Shown: piece by piece, positions 1-7,657 of the stretch
Layout of the letters: each line of letters begins with the position of its first letter
Position numbering within the stretch: the stretch's first letter is position 1
Source: Trueperaceae bacterium
GTDB lineage: Bacteria > Deinococcota > Deinococci > Deinococcales > Trueperaceae
Assembly: GCA_965213925.1 (NCBI GenBank)
Contig: CBDCAM010000005.1
Span: forward strand, 1 to 15,909
DNA: 15,909 bases
Direction of reading: 5' to 3'
Notes under the pieces: generated by a model
Seen by the model: the letters and a program-made list of their open reading frames with translations, nothing else
The model's database searches: none
What the model was told of the DNA's origin: nothing
Position numbers and translations under genes: made by a program

Positions 1-129
1 GTTATCTTCCCGCTGCAGATGGTGCTCAGTCATTGGTGGCTGACCCGCTTCAGGTATGGACCTGCCGAGTGGGCTTGGCGCTGTTTGACGTATGAAAGGC
101 GGCTCACTACCGGGACAAAAGCGAGATAA
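1..129 (+). CDS. DUF418 (YeiB-like) membrane protein, C-terminal fragment (5'-partial)
   Basis: Frame 1 reads VIFPLQMVLSHWWLTRFRYGPAEWAWRCLTYERRLTTGTKAR*. The Q..S.WWL.RF.YGP.EW.WR.LTY motif is the typical DUF418 C-terminus. The last ~8 codons and the stop probably come from the IS end. Confidence 0.8.
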   Translation, partial: VIFPLQMVLSHWWLTRFRYGPAEWAWRCLTYERRLTTGTKAR

Positions 130-186
130 GCCAGTCTATGACATGATTTAGGTGTGAAAGAAACCATTGTCAAAGGACTGGCTTAT
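126..186 (+). promoter_or_regulatory. Fold-back inverted repeat covering transposase RBS/start
   Basis: ATAAGCCAGTC (126-136) is the exact reverse complement of GACTGGCTTAT (176-186), which overlaps the end of the SD and the ATG at 185. Pairing extends imperfectly inward (TATGACATG / CATTGTCAAAG). Confidence 0.65.
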
Positions 187-1004
187 GTATAAGCGTAACG
201 AACTTCAGAAGAAAATCCAAGCCCACCTACCCCTACACGGAGCGCGCACCGCTTTTATAGCGAAATTCGTGATGGCGCTCATCGTGGTGCGAGGCGTAAC
301 GGTGAGCACGGTAGCGAGCGTGCTGAACCCACGGGTGCTAGCGGAGTCAAATGAAAAGCGCATCAAGCGGTTTTTTGGAACGGTCAAACTAGAGGGTGAA
401 GGGTTTGCAAAGTTGATGTTAGCGCTGTTGCCTGTTAAAGATAGCTTAGTGTTGACGCTTGACCGTACGACTTGGGAGCTAGGCAGCGTCTGCATCAATA
501 TTTTAATGTTGGGCGTTGCTTACAAAGGTTTGGCCTTCCCGTTGCTGTGGGTGTTGCTCGACAAAAAGGGCAACAGCGACACGGCAGAGCGTTTGGCACT
601 GGTCGATAGGGTGCTGACGCTCATCAAAGTTGGAAACATCGAGGCTATCGTTGCGGACCGAGAGTTTACGGGCAACGATTGGTTCAAGGGTCTCAAAAAG
701 CGTAAGCTCATTTTTGTGATGCGCGTACGCAACAACACCGGCATCGGCTCGAAAGGGAAAACACGCTCAGCCAAACAACGTTATGACCACCTCAGAGTTC
801 AAGAGGTCTACATCTGTCCCAAGCGCTGCCGCGTCTTCGACTTACACCTCCACATTGCCGTGACCAAAAGCAAAGAAGGTGAAGAACTAGGCCCGACGGG
901 CCGGGCTTTGCCCGTTCTAGCTTGTCGTACTGGTCTGCAATGCTGAACCTGACAAAGCCTTACTACGTTACTCGCGCCGTGGGCAAATTGAAACGCTTTT
1001 CAGC
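185..1004 (+). pseudogene. IS4-family DDE transposase, frameshifted and 3'-truncated
   Basis: ATG at 185 after AAGGA. Catalytic-type motifs LTLDRTTW and IVADREF lie in ORF 167..946. After an insert at ~883-920 the protein continues from 921 in another frame as LVVLVCNAEPDKALLRYSRRGQIETLFS. This is the IS4 Y-x2-R-x3-E signature (usual W replaced by G), and it is cut off before the K. Confidence 0.88.
883..920. repeat. Short palindromic insertion (REP/MITE-like) inside transposase
   Basis: Outer IR AGAAC (883-887)/GTTCT (914-918). CTAG occurs at 887-890 and 917-920. Internal palindromes are GGCCCG-A-CGGGCC (890-902) and CGGGC-TTT-GCCCG (902-914). Removing 34 or 37 nt restores the transposase frame. 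Confidence 0.7.
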
Positions 1005-1471
1005 GTCTCCCGCTCGGTCTCGCTCAAACACCCGTAGGTATCACTATCCGCCGCGTCGATAATGCTCCTACTCTCTTTGAGAACGCGCTCACCCCGGGCG
1101 GTCAGTACCAGCTCGTAATAGCGTCGGTCATGGGTGCTCTTCACGCGCTGCACGTAACCGAGCGCTTCTAAATCGTCTACAAGGCGCACCACGTGGGTGC
1201 GGTCCAAGCCTAGGTTCTGGCTGATGGCGACCTGTGAGCGATGCTCGCTCTCGGCGATGAGCTTCATCACGCCAAGCTGACGCGCGTCGATGTGAAGCGG
1301 CTCCAACATCTCCTCCAGGACGAGCTGCGCCATCTGCGCGACGTAGCTCAGTACGTACCCCGTCTCCGACGCCAGCGTCTCGGAGAGGTCGTGAGAGTTG
1401 AAGTAGAGGGGCGGCGCGGGCACGCGATTCCGTTTAGGCACTGCTCGAGCATCTTTTGAAGCCTCAGACAT
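968..1471 (-). CDS. MarR family transcriptional regulator (last ~8 residues derived from IS antisense strand)
   Basis: wHTH motifs SQVAISQNLGLDRTHVVRLVDDLEALGYVQR and DRR...LTARGE. TAGACT on the minus strand (1477-1482) lies 5 nt before the ATG, suggesting a leaderless promoter. Confidence 0.92.
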   Translation of the reverse strand: MSEASKDARAVPKRNRVPAPPLYFNSHDLSETLASETGYVLSYVAQMAQLVLEEMLEPLHIDARQLGVMKLIAESEHRSQVAISQNLGLDRTHVVRLVDDLEALGYVQRVKSTHDRRYYELVLTARGERVLKESRSIIDAADSDTYGCLSETERETLKSVSICPRRE

Positions 1472-2174
1472 GGGCTAGTCTACACGTCGTGCGCCGAACC
1501 ACTCTCATGCGGGTAGCCCTGCGCAGGTACGCGAGCAAGCGGTGCTGCATTTCAAAGGTCTCCAAAAGCACGTCTCGAAAACCCTTGTCCGTTACCTCGT
1601 CGTCGCGGAAATGTCGGATGGTCAGGTACTGGTTGAGCCGCAGCAGGTGAGTCGCGGGGTGGTCGGTGCTGTAGCCGCGCGGCGCGTTTTTAAGGCTGTC
1701 CTCATCGTTTAGAACGTCAGAAAACACCTTGCGAAAGGCGTCGCTGTCAACGAGCTGCTCGAGTTCCTCCGGCTTGTCATGGATGCACTCGCGCATGGTA
1801 CTTGGCACCTCGCGCTTAGGCGAATGAAGCCCGCCGCCAGCGACGCTCCCGCCGGGCGCGATGTTGAGGTAGTACCCCGGTTCGACCTCCCCTAGAGGCG
1901 CAATGACCGCCATGATGTACGTTTTGAGCGGCGCGGCGTTGTCAGGGTGAAAGCGCGTATCGCGGTAGATGCGGGGCAAGCTCACGACGCTGCCGCCTCC
2001 TAAATCCTTGCGCAGGCGTTCGTCGAAGGGGGCGATATCGACTGCGACACCCCTGATACTCTGCTCGAAGGCGGCTTTCATCGCCTTATAGTCGTCTTTA
2101 CGCTCGTTGAACCAGTCCTTGGTGTTGTTTTGCTCGAGCTGGCGGAAGAACTCGAGCAAGGTCGGGTCGATCAT
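1464..2174 (-). CDS. DUF2461 (TIGR02453) family protein
   Basis: N-terminal FFRQLEQNNTKDWFNERKDDY, plus RIYRDTRF, YYLNIAPGGSVAGGGL and LKNAPRGYSTDHP motifs. SD GAGG lies upstream, and the gene starts 10 nt after the upstream stop. Confidence 0.9.
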   Translation of the reverse strand: MIDPTLLEFFRQLEQNNTKDWFNERKDDYKAMKAAFEQSIRGVAVDIAPFDERLRKDLGGGSVVSLPRIYRDTRFHPDNAAPLKTYIMAVIAPLGEVEPGYYLNIAPGGSVAGGGLHSPKREVPSTMRECIHDKPEELEQLVDSDAFRKVFSDVLNDEDSLKNAPRGYSTDHPATHLLRLNQYLTIRHFRDDEVTDKGFRDVLLETFEMQHRLLAYLRRATRMRVVRRTTCRLAHV

Positions 2175-2184
2175 GCTGCCTCTA

Positions 2185-3462
2185 TCATATTGCGCCTCGG
2201 TCGGTATCTCCCCCGCGTAAGTTCAGCATCTTGTCCATGATGTCTTCCCCGCGTCCAGGTTCACTCCAAGGACAGACCTCGATGCAGATCGCGCAGCTCT
2301 CGTTGGCGACGAAGTAAGGCGCGCAGCGGTCAAAATTGATGAACCACCGCTCCTCACCTCGGACCATCTGTTTGGTTTCGAAGATGGCTTGCGGCGGACA
2401 GTTCGTCGTGCAAATCTGGCAGAACATGCAGAAGTCATCCACGCCGATGTCAATAGGGTGATCTACCTCTAAGGGCATCTCGGTCAGCACCGTCGCTAAG
2501 CGCACGTTGGAGCCGTAGTCTTTGGTGATCATCGAGTTGTGCTTACCAAGCTGCCCTAAGCCCGCTGCAATCGCGATGGGCACGTGTTGCACTTCAGACG
2601 TACCGGGCGCGATGTTCGTACACGCTATTGCCGGATAACCCCGACTGCGGATGTATTCGGCAAGACGGATCGCTGCCAAGCCGACCTTACGGTAAATGCG
2701 AAAGACCTCGGCATGCGTGCGTATCTGGGTCGGGTAGCGCATCTCCTCGCGGTCCATCGGCACAGCGATAGAAATGGCGTACTTAAACGAAGGCTCGAAA
2801 CCGTCGAAGAACCACTCATCTTGAGGCTCGGTGATGCCGACTAGAGCCGCGCCGTGCTCCTTGGCAACCGCTTTGACTCGTCCGCTCATCGCTTTGGGGC
2901 TCGTCACCGTCTCCCGCCGCCTCGCGACCGCCCCGACGCGCCGCCGGTCATCCCAGAACAGACGCACAATGACGCGGGTGACTCGCCAAGATGTGAGTGT
3001 GAGGAGTACCTGGTGCAAGCCGCCCCAAGCGTAGCTAAAATCGAAGAAGAGGTAGTAGGGCCGACGCTTTTCTGTTTCGTCCAGACCGCTTATGACCATA
3101 CCCGAGACGGGCGGTTTGCGGTAGGCAAAAGGGTAGCTGGGCTCCGGGTAGGACGGAAGGGCGACGTCGGGGGACTTGCGGGGCGGCAAGTCGGTTTTAG
3201 GCGACAGGTCCGCGCTGATGTTCGGCAGTGTGTCAAACTGCTGCGTCTCCGCGTCTGGCGGCTTCGGGAGGTCTTCGATCCAGATGGTCTCTCCCCTCGA
3301 GATTTTCCGCCTGAACTGCCACTTTTGCCACTCTCCGACCGTCCAATAGGCGAGTGTTGCCCCGGCGGCAAGCCCGACGCTTCTCAGCATCCTCCCCGCT
3401 ATACGGACGTGCTGAGCGAGCTGTTCGGTACAGGTTCGGGGACGTTCAATCTTGACTGCCAT
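2185..3462 (-). CDS. Reductive dehalogenase-like cobalamin/2x[4Fe-4S] oxidoreductase (paralog 2)
   Basis: GAALVGI, AIAAGLGQLGKH and YGSNVRLATVLTEMPL motifs. Fe-S motifs CMFCQICTTNCP (Cx2Cx2Cx3CP) and C-x9-CAICIEVCPW. SD GAGGAG upstream. Confidence 0.85.
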   Translation of the reverse strand: MAVKIERPRTCTEQLAQHVRIAGRMLRSVGLAAGATLAYWTVGEWQKWQFRRKISRGETIWIEDLPKPPDAETQQFDTLPNISADLSPKTDLPPRKSPDVALPSYPEPSYPFAYRKPPVSGMVISGLDETEKRRPYYLFFDFSYAWGGLHQVLLTLTSWRVTRVIVRLFWDDRRRVGAVARRRETVTSPKAMSGRVKAVAKEHGAALVGITEPQDEWFFDGFEPSFKYAISIAVPMDREEMRYPTQIRTHAEVFRIYRKVGLAAIRLAEYIRSRGYPAIACTNIAPGTSEVQHVPIAIAAGLGQLGKHNSMITKDYGSNVRLATVLTEMPLEVDHPIDIGVDDFCMFCQICTTNCPPQAIFETKQMVRGEERWFINFDRCAPYFVANESCAICIEVCPWSEPGRGEDIMDKMLNLRGGDTDRGAI

Positions 3463-3540
3463 CCATATCTCCTCTAGGTTGGGGCTTTTTACAAAAAGTC
3501 AATACATCTTCGTTACGGTAATGTGACAGGAAAATCACCT

Positions 3541-4809
3541 TCACGTTTCGGCACTCCCGCGGCGGCTGAGCATCTTGTCCATGATGACGTTGCCGCGCCC
3601 CGGTTCACTCCACGGGCAGACCTCGATGCAGATGCCGCACCCCTGGTTGGCTGAGAAGTAGGGGACGCACTGATCGAAGTTGATGAACCACCGCTCCTCA
3701 CCTCGCACCATCTGCTTGGTCTCGAAAATCGCTTGCGGTGGGCAGTTCGTCGTACAGATTTGACAGGACATGCAGAAATCATCCACGCCGATGTCTACGG
3801 GTGTGTCAACTTCTAAAGGTAGGTCGGTCAGCACCGTCGCTAAGCGCACGTTGGAGCCGTAGTCTTTGGTGATAATCGAGCCGTGTTTGCCAAGCTGCCC
3901 CAACCCGGCTTCAACCGCAAGGGGAATGTGTAGCACCTCCGTCGTGCCAGGAGAGATGTTCGTGCTAGCCCTGGCGGGATAGCCTAGGCTGCGGATGTGC
4001 TCGGCGACGTGAATAGCGACGCGCCCCACGTCTTCATAGATGCGGAAGACCTCCGTAAACGCTCGCTCGCTCGGCGTGTAGCGCATCTCCTCGCGGTCCA
4101 TCGGCACAGCGATAGAGATGGTGTACTTGAAGGAGGATTCGAAGCCCTCGAAGTACCACTCGTCGCGCGGCTTGGTGATGCCGACTAGGGCTGCACCTTG
4201 CGCTTTCGCGACCTCTTTGATCTGTGCGCTCATCGCCGCTGTATCGGTAACGGGCTGCTGCTCTCTCGAGACCGCCCCGTCGCGTCGCCCGTTATCTTGG
4301 AAGATACGCATGACCGACCGCGCGACCCTAGGCGGAATCAGGGTGAAGAACACCTGGGTCAGGCCGCCCCAGGCGTAGTCGAATTCGAAGAAGAGGGGGT
4401 GGGGACGGCGCTTCTCGATTTCGTCCAGGCCGCTGATGACCATGCCGGACAGGGGCGGCTTGCGGTAAGCGAAGGGGTAGCGGGGCTCTGGGTAGGACGG
4501 CAGGACGATGTCGTTAGACTTACTCGGCGGCAGGTTTTTTCTAGGGGACAGGTCAGCTCCGATATAGGGTAACTCGTCAAATCGTTGCGTCTCTGCGGAG
4601 GGGGGCTTGGGAAGGTCCTCGATCCAGACAGTTTCGCCTCGAGCGGTTAAGCGCGTCAGGTGCCGCTCCTGCCAACGTTTGAACGTTCGGCTGGCGAGCG
4701 TCACGCCGAGGGCTAAGCCCGCGCTCGTCAATTTGTGCCGCGCGGCGCGGACGTGTTGATAGAGATACTCGACTCGGTTCTTAGGATGTTCAAATTTGGG
4801 GAGATTCAC
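3541..4809 (-). CDS. Reductive dehalogenase-like cobalamin/2x[4Fe-4S] oxidoreductase (paralog 1)
   Basis: GTG start after AAGGA. Motifs AVEAGLGQLGKHG, YGSNVRLATVLTDLPL, CMSCQICTTNCP and C-x9-CGICIEVCPW. Colinear end to end with 2185..3462. Confidence 0.85.
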   Translation of the reverse strand: MNLPKFEHPKNRVEYLYQHVRAARHKLTSAGLALGVTLASRTFKRWQERHLTRLTARGETVWIEDLPKPPSAETQRFDELPYIGADLSPRKNLPPSKSNDIVLPSYPEPRYPFAYRKPPLSGMVISGLDEIEKRRPHPLFFEFDYAWGGLTQVFFTLIPPRVARSVMRIFQDNGRRDGAVSREQQPVTDTAAMSAQIKEVAKAQGAALVGITKPRDEWYFEGFESSFKYTISIAVPMDREEMRYTPSERAFTEVFRIYEDVGRVAIHVAEHIRSLGYPARASTNISPGTTEVLHIPLAVEAGLGQLGKHGSIITKDYGSNVRLATVLTDLPLEVDTPVDIGVDDFCMSCQICTTNCPPQAIFETKQMVRGEERWFINFDQCVPYFSANQGCGICIEVCPWSEPGRGNVIMDKMLSRRGSAET

Positions 4810-4829
4810 GATCAGGTCCTTTCGCGCCC

Positions 4830-6236
4830 TTACACCGCTCGAGCTTCACGCTTCACCATGTTAGGTTCGACCTCCGCCTCCAACATCGCCTCGACGCTGG
4901 AGAACTTCGCACGCCACCGCCGGTTCTGCAAGCCCCCTGCTCTACGCTCCGCCCGGTCGATGCGCCGCCAGCCCGCTGCTGTGACGTAGCGCACGCCCTT
5001 CTCTTCTAAGATGCGGTTCACCGCTTGTGGGTCGGGGTCTTGTGCGAAGGGCAGGGTCGGCAGGTCCTCCAAGAGGTGCCGCACGGTTTCCTCCGCGTCC
5101 GTCTTGTTCGTGCCGATGACGCCCGAGGGTCCGCGCCGCACCCAGCCAGAGGTGTACTCGCCTAGTACGACGTCACCTTCTAAGGTTGTGACACGTCCGC
5201 CTTCATTCGGAATGACGCCGCGCTTATCGTCAAAGGGCACGTTCGGAAGAGGCTGGCTGCGGTAGCCGACCGAGCGCAGCAAGAGGCCGATATCCAAATG
5301 CTCGAATTTGCCCGTGCCAATAGCGGAGAGGCGCTCCCCTTTGGGCTCGAGCCGATTCTGCTCCAACTTGAGCCCTTGCACCCGACTGTCTCCTCGGACT
5401 TCAGTAGGAGAGACGAAGAAGTGGATGTGGGCGTGCTTGTTTGCGCCGGGTTTATGACGCCCCGAGTATTCGGTGAAGAGTTCCACGTTGCGCCGGGTCT
5501 TCTTCGCCTCCAACGCATCTTCAAATGTGCCCTCCTGGTCGGCCTCGAGGTCCGCTGGGTTCACGACGACATCTACACCCGGCAGTTCGCCCACTTCGCG
5601 TAGCTCTTTGGGCGTGAAGTTTGCTTGAGACGGACCGCGCCGCCCTAAAATGTGGACGTCAGTGACGCTCGAGTGTCTAAGCGCATCCACCGCGTAGCCC
5701 GCCATATCGCTCTCGGCGAGCGCGTCGGGGTCTTTGAGGAGCGCCCGTGTCACATCCAGCGCGACGTTGCCCATGCCGATGATGGCGGCGTGCGAGCTAT
5801 CTAATGGTGGATTCAGGTCGGCGTGGTCGGGGTGCGCGTTGTACCAGGCGACGAACTCGGTGGCGGAGAGGCTACCGGGTAGGTCTTCGCCGGGAATGCC
5901 TAAGGATTTGTCGCTACTCGCGCCGACTGTATAGATGACCGCGTCGTAGTGCCGCTTCAACTCGTCATACGTAATGTCCTTGCCAAAACTCACGTTGCCG
6001 AAGTAGCGCACCGCCTCGTGCTTCAAGATGAGGTCGAAGGTGACCGACTTGGACTTCACGACGGGGTGGTCGGGCGCGACGCCGTAGCGGACTAGCCCGT
6101 AGGGACTCGGCAGGCGTTCAAAGAGGTCCACGGACACCTTGCCCCCATTTTTCAGTAGGGCGTGCGTCGCGTAGAAGCCTGCCGGACCTGCGCCGATGAT
6201 CGCGACGCGCAAAAGGCGTGAGGAATGTTTAGACAT
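4830..6236 (-). CDS. fprA: Ferredoxin--NADP+ reductase, FprA / adrenodoxin reductase type
   Basis: FAD-binding GAGPAG, PYGLVRYGVAPDHP, NADPH-binding GMGNVALD and GRRGP, and C-terminal GWVRRGPSGVIGTN. No fused ferredoxin domain. Confidence 0.92.
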   Translation of the reverse strand: MSKHSSRLLRVAIIGAGPAGFYATHALLKNGGKVSVDLFERLPSPYGLVRYGVAPDHPVVKSKSVTFDLILKHEAVRYFGNVSFGKDITYDELKRHYDAVIYTVGASSDKSLGIPGEDLPGSLSATEFVAWYNAHPDHADLNPPLDSSHAAIIGMGNVALDVTRALLKDPDALAESDMAGYAVDALRHSSVTDVHILGRRGPSQANFTPKELREVGELPGVDVVVNPADLEADQEGTFEDALEAKKTRRNVELFTEYSGRHKPGANKHAHIHFFVSPTEVRGDSRVQGLKLEQNRLEPKGERLSAIGTGKFEHLDIGLLLRSVGYRSQPLPNVPFDDKRGVIPNEGGRVTTLEGDVVLGEYTSGWVRRGPSGVIGTNKTDAEETVRHLLEDLPTLPFAQDPDPQAVNRILEEKGVRYVTAAGWRRIDRAERRAGGLQNRRWRAKFSSVEAMLEAEVEPNMVKREARAV

Positions 6237-6248
6237 GGAAACTCTCTT

Positions 6249-6293
6249 TCATCTAAATTTGCTTCTGAGATACGAGTAATTGCGAAGCGCCAC
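6249..6293 (-). other. Possible 14-aa upstream ORF (MALRNYSYLRSKFR) before fprA
   Basis: SD GAGGAG (6300-6305, minus strand) lies 6 nt before GTG 6293. The TGA ends 12 nt before the fprA ATG. Confidence 0.3.
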
Positions 6294-6379
6294 GGTTGTC
6301 TCCTCGAGTTAACAAACAGCAATTCCATTACTCATTGCTACACCACTGATTGCGTCCATTTCTATTCGCATCCGCTCAA

Positions 6380-6407
6380 ACTTTTGCTTGCTGTAGCAAG
6401 CAAAAGT
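6380..6407. promoter_or_regulatory. Perfect 13-bp inverted repeat, candidate operator upstream of the fprA-rdh operon
   Basis: ACTTTTGCTTGCT-GT-AGCAAGCAAAAGT in an AT-rich intergenic region. There is no clear U-tract after the stem on either strand. Confidence 0.55.
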
Positions 6408-6633
6408 GGAAATGCTAAAATAAGTAAAAGGGCGAAAAGGCTTCTTCGTCTAAACTAAGTATATTAGGTGATTATTTCATCTATAGGTATCTTCACTTAC
6501 ATTGTGATAGTGCTTTTGTGAATCTTCCATTTTTGCGTATCGCACAAAGCTCTGGACGTAGCGTCCTTAAACACTTTTATGTGGCGCGCGCGTGTTAATC
6601 GCACAACGGTCCGAGCCCAGGAGCGCTAAGGGG

Positions 6634-7608
6634 TCAGATGCTAATGACGACTTTTCCCCGAGCGTGCCCTTTTTCGAGATACCTGATGGCTTCAGCCGTC
6701 TCACTTAGCGGGTAGGTCCTGTCTATGACAGGGACGACTTTGCCGGTTTCGAGAAGTTCTTTGATGAAAACCAGATCCGTCTGGTTCGGTTTCGCCGCCC
6801 CTATGAGACCGATCTTCTTCCGCCCCCTCCTGGACACCCACGCCCCCAACGACGCGACCTGGAGCAGATGAGCCAGGGTGGTAAAGCCGACGACGACACA
6901 TCTCCCCTGAGGACTTAAGGCACGCGCGTAGTCCGAGACCGAACGGTTCCCCACCGCGTCGAGGATCAGGTCGTACGGCTGCCCGCTTTTGGTGAAGTCC
7001 TCTCTCGTGTAGTCGACAACCCTGTCCGCCCCGACGGAGCGCACCAGCTCCAGATTTCGCGTGCTGCACACGCCGGTGACCTCGGCCCCGAAATGTTTGG
7101 CGAGCTGCACCGCGAAGGTGCCCACCCCGCCAGAGGCGCCGTTGACCAGCACCTGCTGCCCGGACCGAATCCGTCCCTTGTCGCGAAGCCCCTGTAGAGC
7201 GGTGATGGCCGCCACTGGGACCGCCGCCGCCTCTTCAAAGGATAAGTTACTCGGCTTCAGGGCTAAGGTCTCTTCACGAGCACAGACATACTCGGCGAAG
7301 CCGCCCAACCCGCTGCCGCTCACGTCCCCGAACACCTCGTCACCGGGCCTAAACTGTGTCGCCCCGCTGCCGACCGCTTCGACGTGCCCCGCGATGTCCG
7401 CGCCGAGAAACGTGTTCTTCGGCTTGCGGAATCCAAAAACAAGGCGGAACGGGAGCGGCGTACCCCTCATGAAGTGCCAGTCGAGCGGGTTCGCGGCCGC
7501 CGCGTGAACCTTGACCAGGACTTCGTCGTCTTTAGGGGCGGGCTTTTCTACCTCCTCGAGCCGGAGCACTTCGGGGGGTCCGTATTCTGTGTACACCACC
7601 GCTCTCAT
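6634..7608 (-). CDS. NAD(P)-dependent MDR-family oxidoreductase (zinc-independent, quinone-reductase-like)
   Basis: MRAVVYTEYGPPEVL, ANPLDW, GADIAG, NGASGGVG and GHARGKVVI motifs. SD GGAGG upstream. Confidence 0.92.
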   Translation of the reverse strand: MRAVVYTEYGPPEVLRLEEVEKPAPKDDEVLVKVHAAAANPLDWHFMRGTPLPFRLVFGFRKPKNTFLGADIAGHVEAVGSGATQFRPGDEVFGDVSGSGLGGFAEYVCAREETLALKPSNLSFEEAAAVPVAAITALQGLRDKGRIRSGQQVLVNGASGGVGTFAVQLAKHFGAEVTGVCSTRNLELVRSVGADRVVDYTREDFTKSGQPYDLILDAVGNRSVSDYARALSPQGRCVVVGFTTLAHLLQVASLGAWVSRRGRKKIGLIGAAKPNQTDLVFIKELLETGKVVPVIDRTYPLSETAEAIRYLEKGHARGKVVISI

Positions 7609-7657
7609 GGTTTGCCTCCGGGATCATGTACGAGTCGTTGTATGCCTATTCGCCGCA

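Larger units (their letters stand above)
103..1004 (+). mobile_element. IS4-family insertion sequence remnant (left end present, right end deleted)
   Basis: Putative left terminal IR CTCACTACCGGGACAAAA (103-120), then a DDE transposase whose similarity stops at ~1004. No matching right IR was seen. The left boundary is inferred. Confidence 0.7.

Noticed and set aside
3485..3498. CTTTTT-AC-AAAAAG palindrome between the rdh paralogs
   Set aside because: Short and low-complexity, with no properly spaced -10 for the neighbouring TTGACT.
2185..4809. Calling the two Fe-S proteins epoxyqueuosine reductase QueG or respiratory RdhA
   Set aside because: They lack the QueG DYH/VDT motifs and long Cys spacer, occur as a tandem pair, and have no Tat motif or rdhB.
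6237..6633. Cobalamin riboswitch upstream of the B12-type operon
   Set aside because: No recognisable GGGAA / GGTGnAAnTCC / ACTGT / B12-box series on the minus strand. An Infernal/Rfam scan would be the decisive test.
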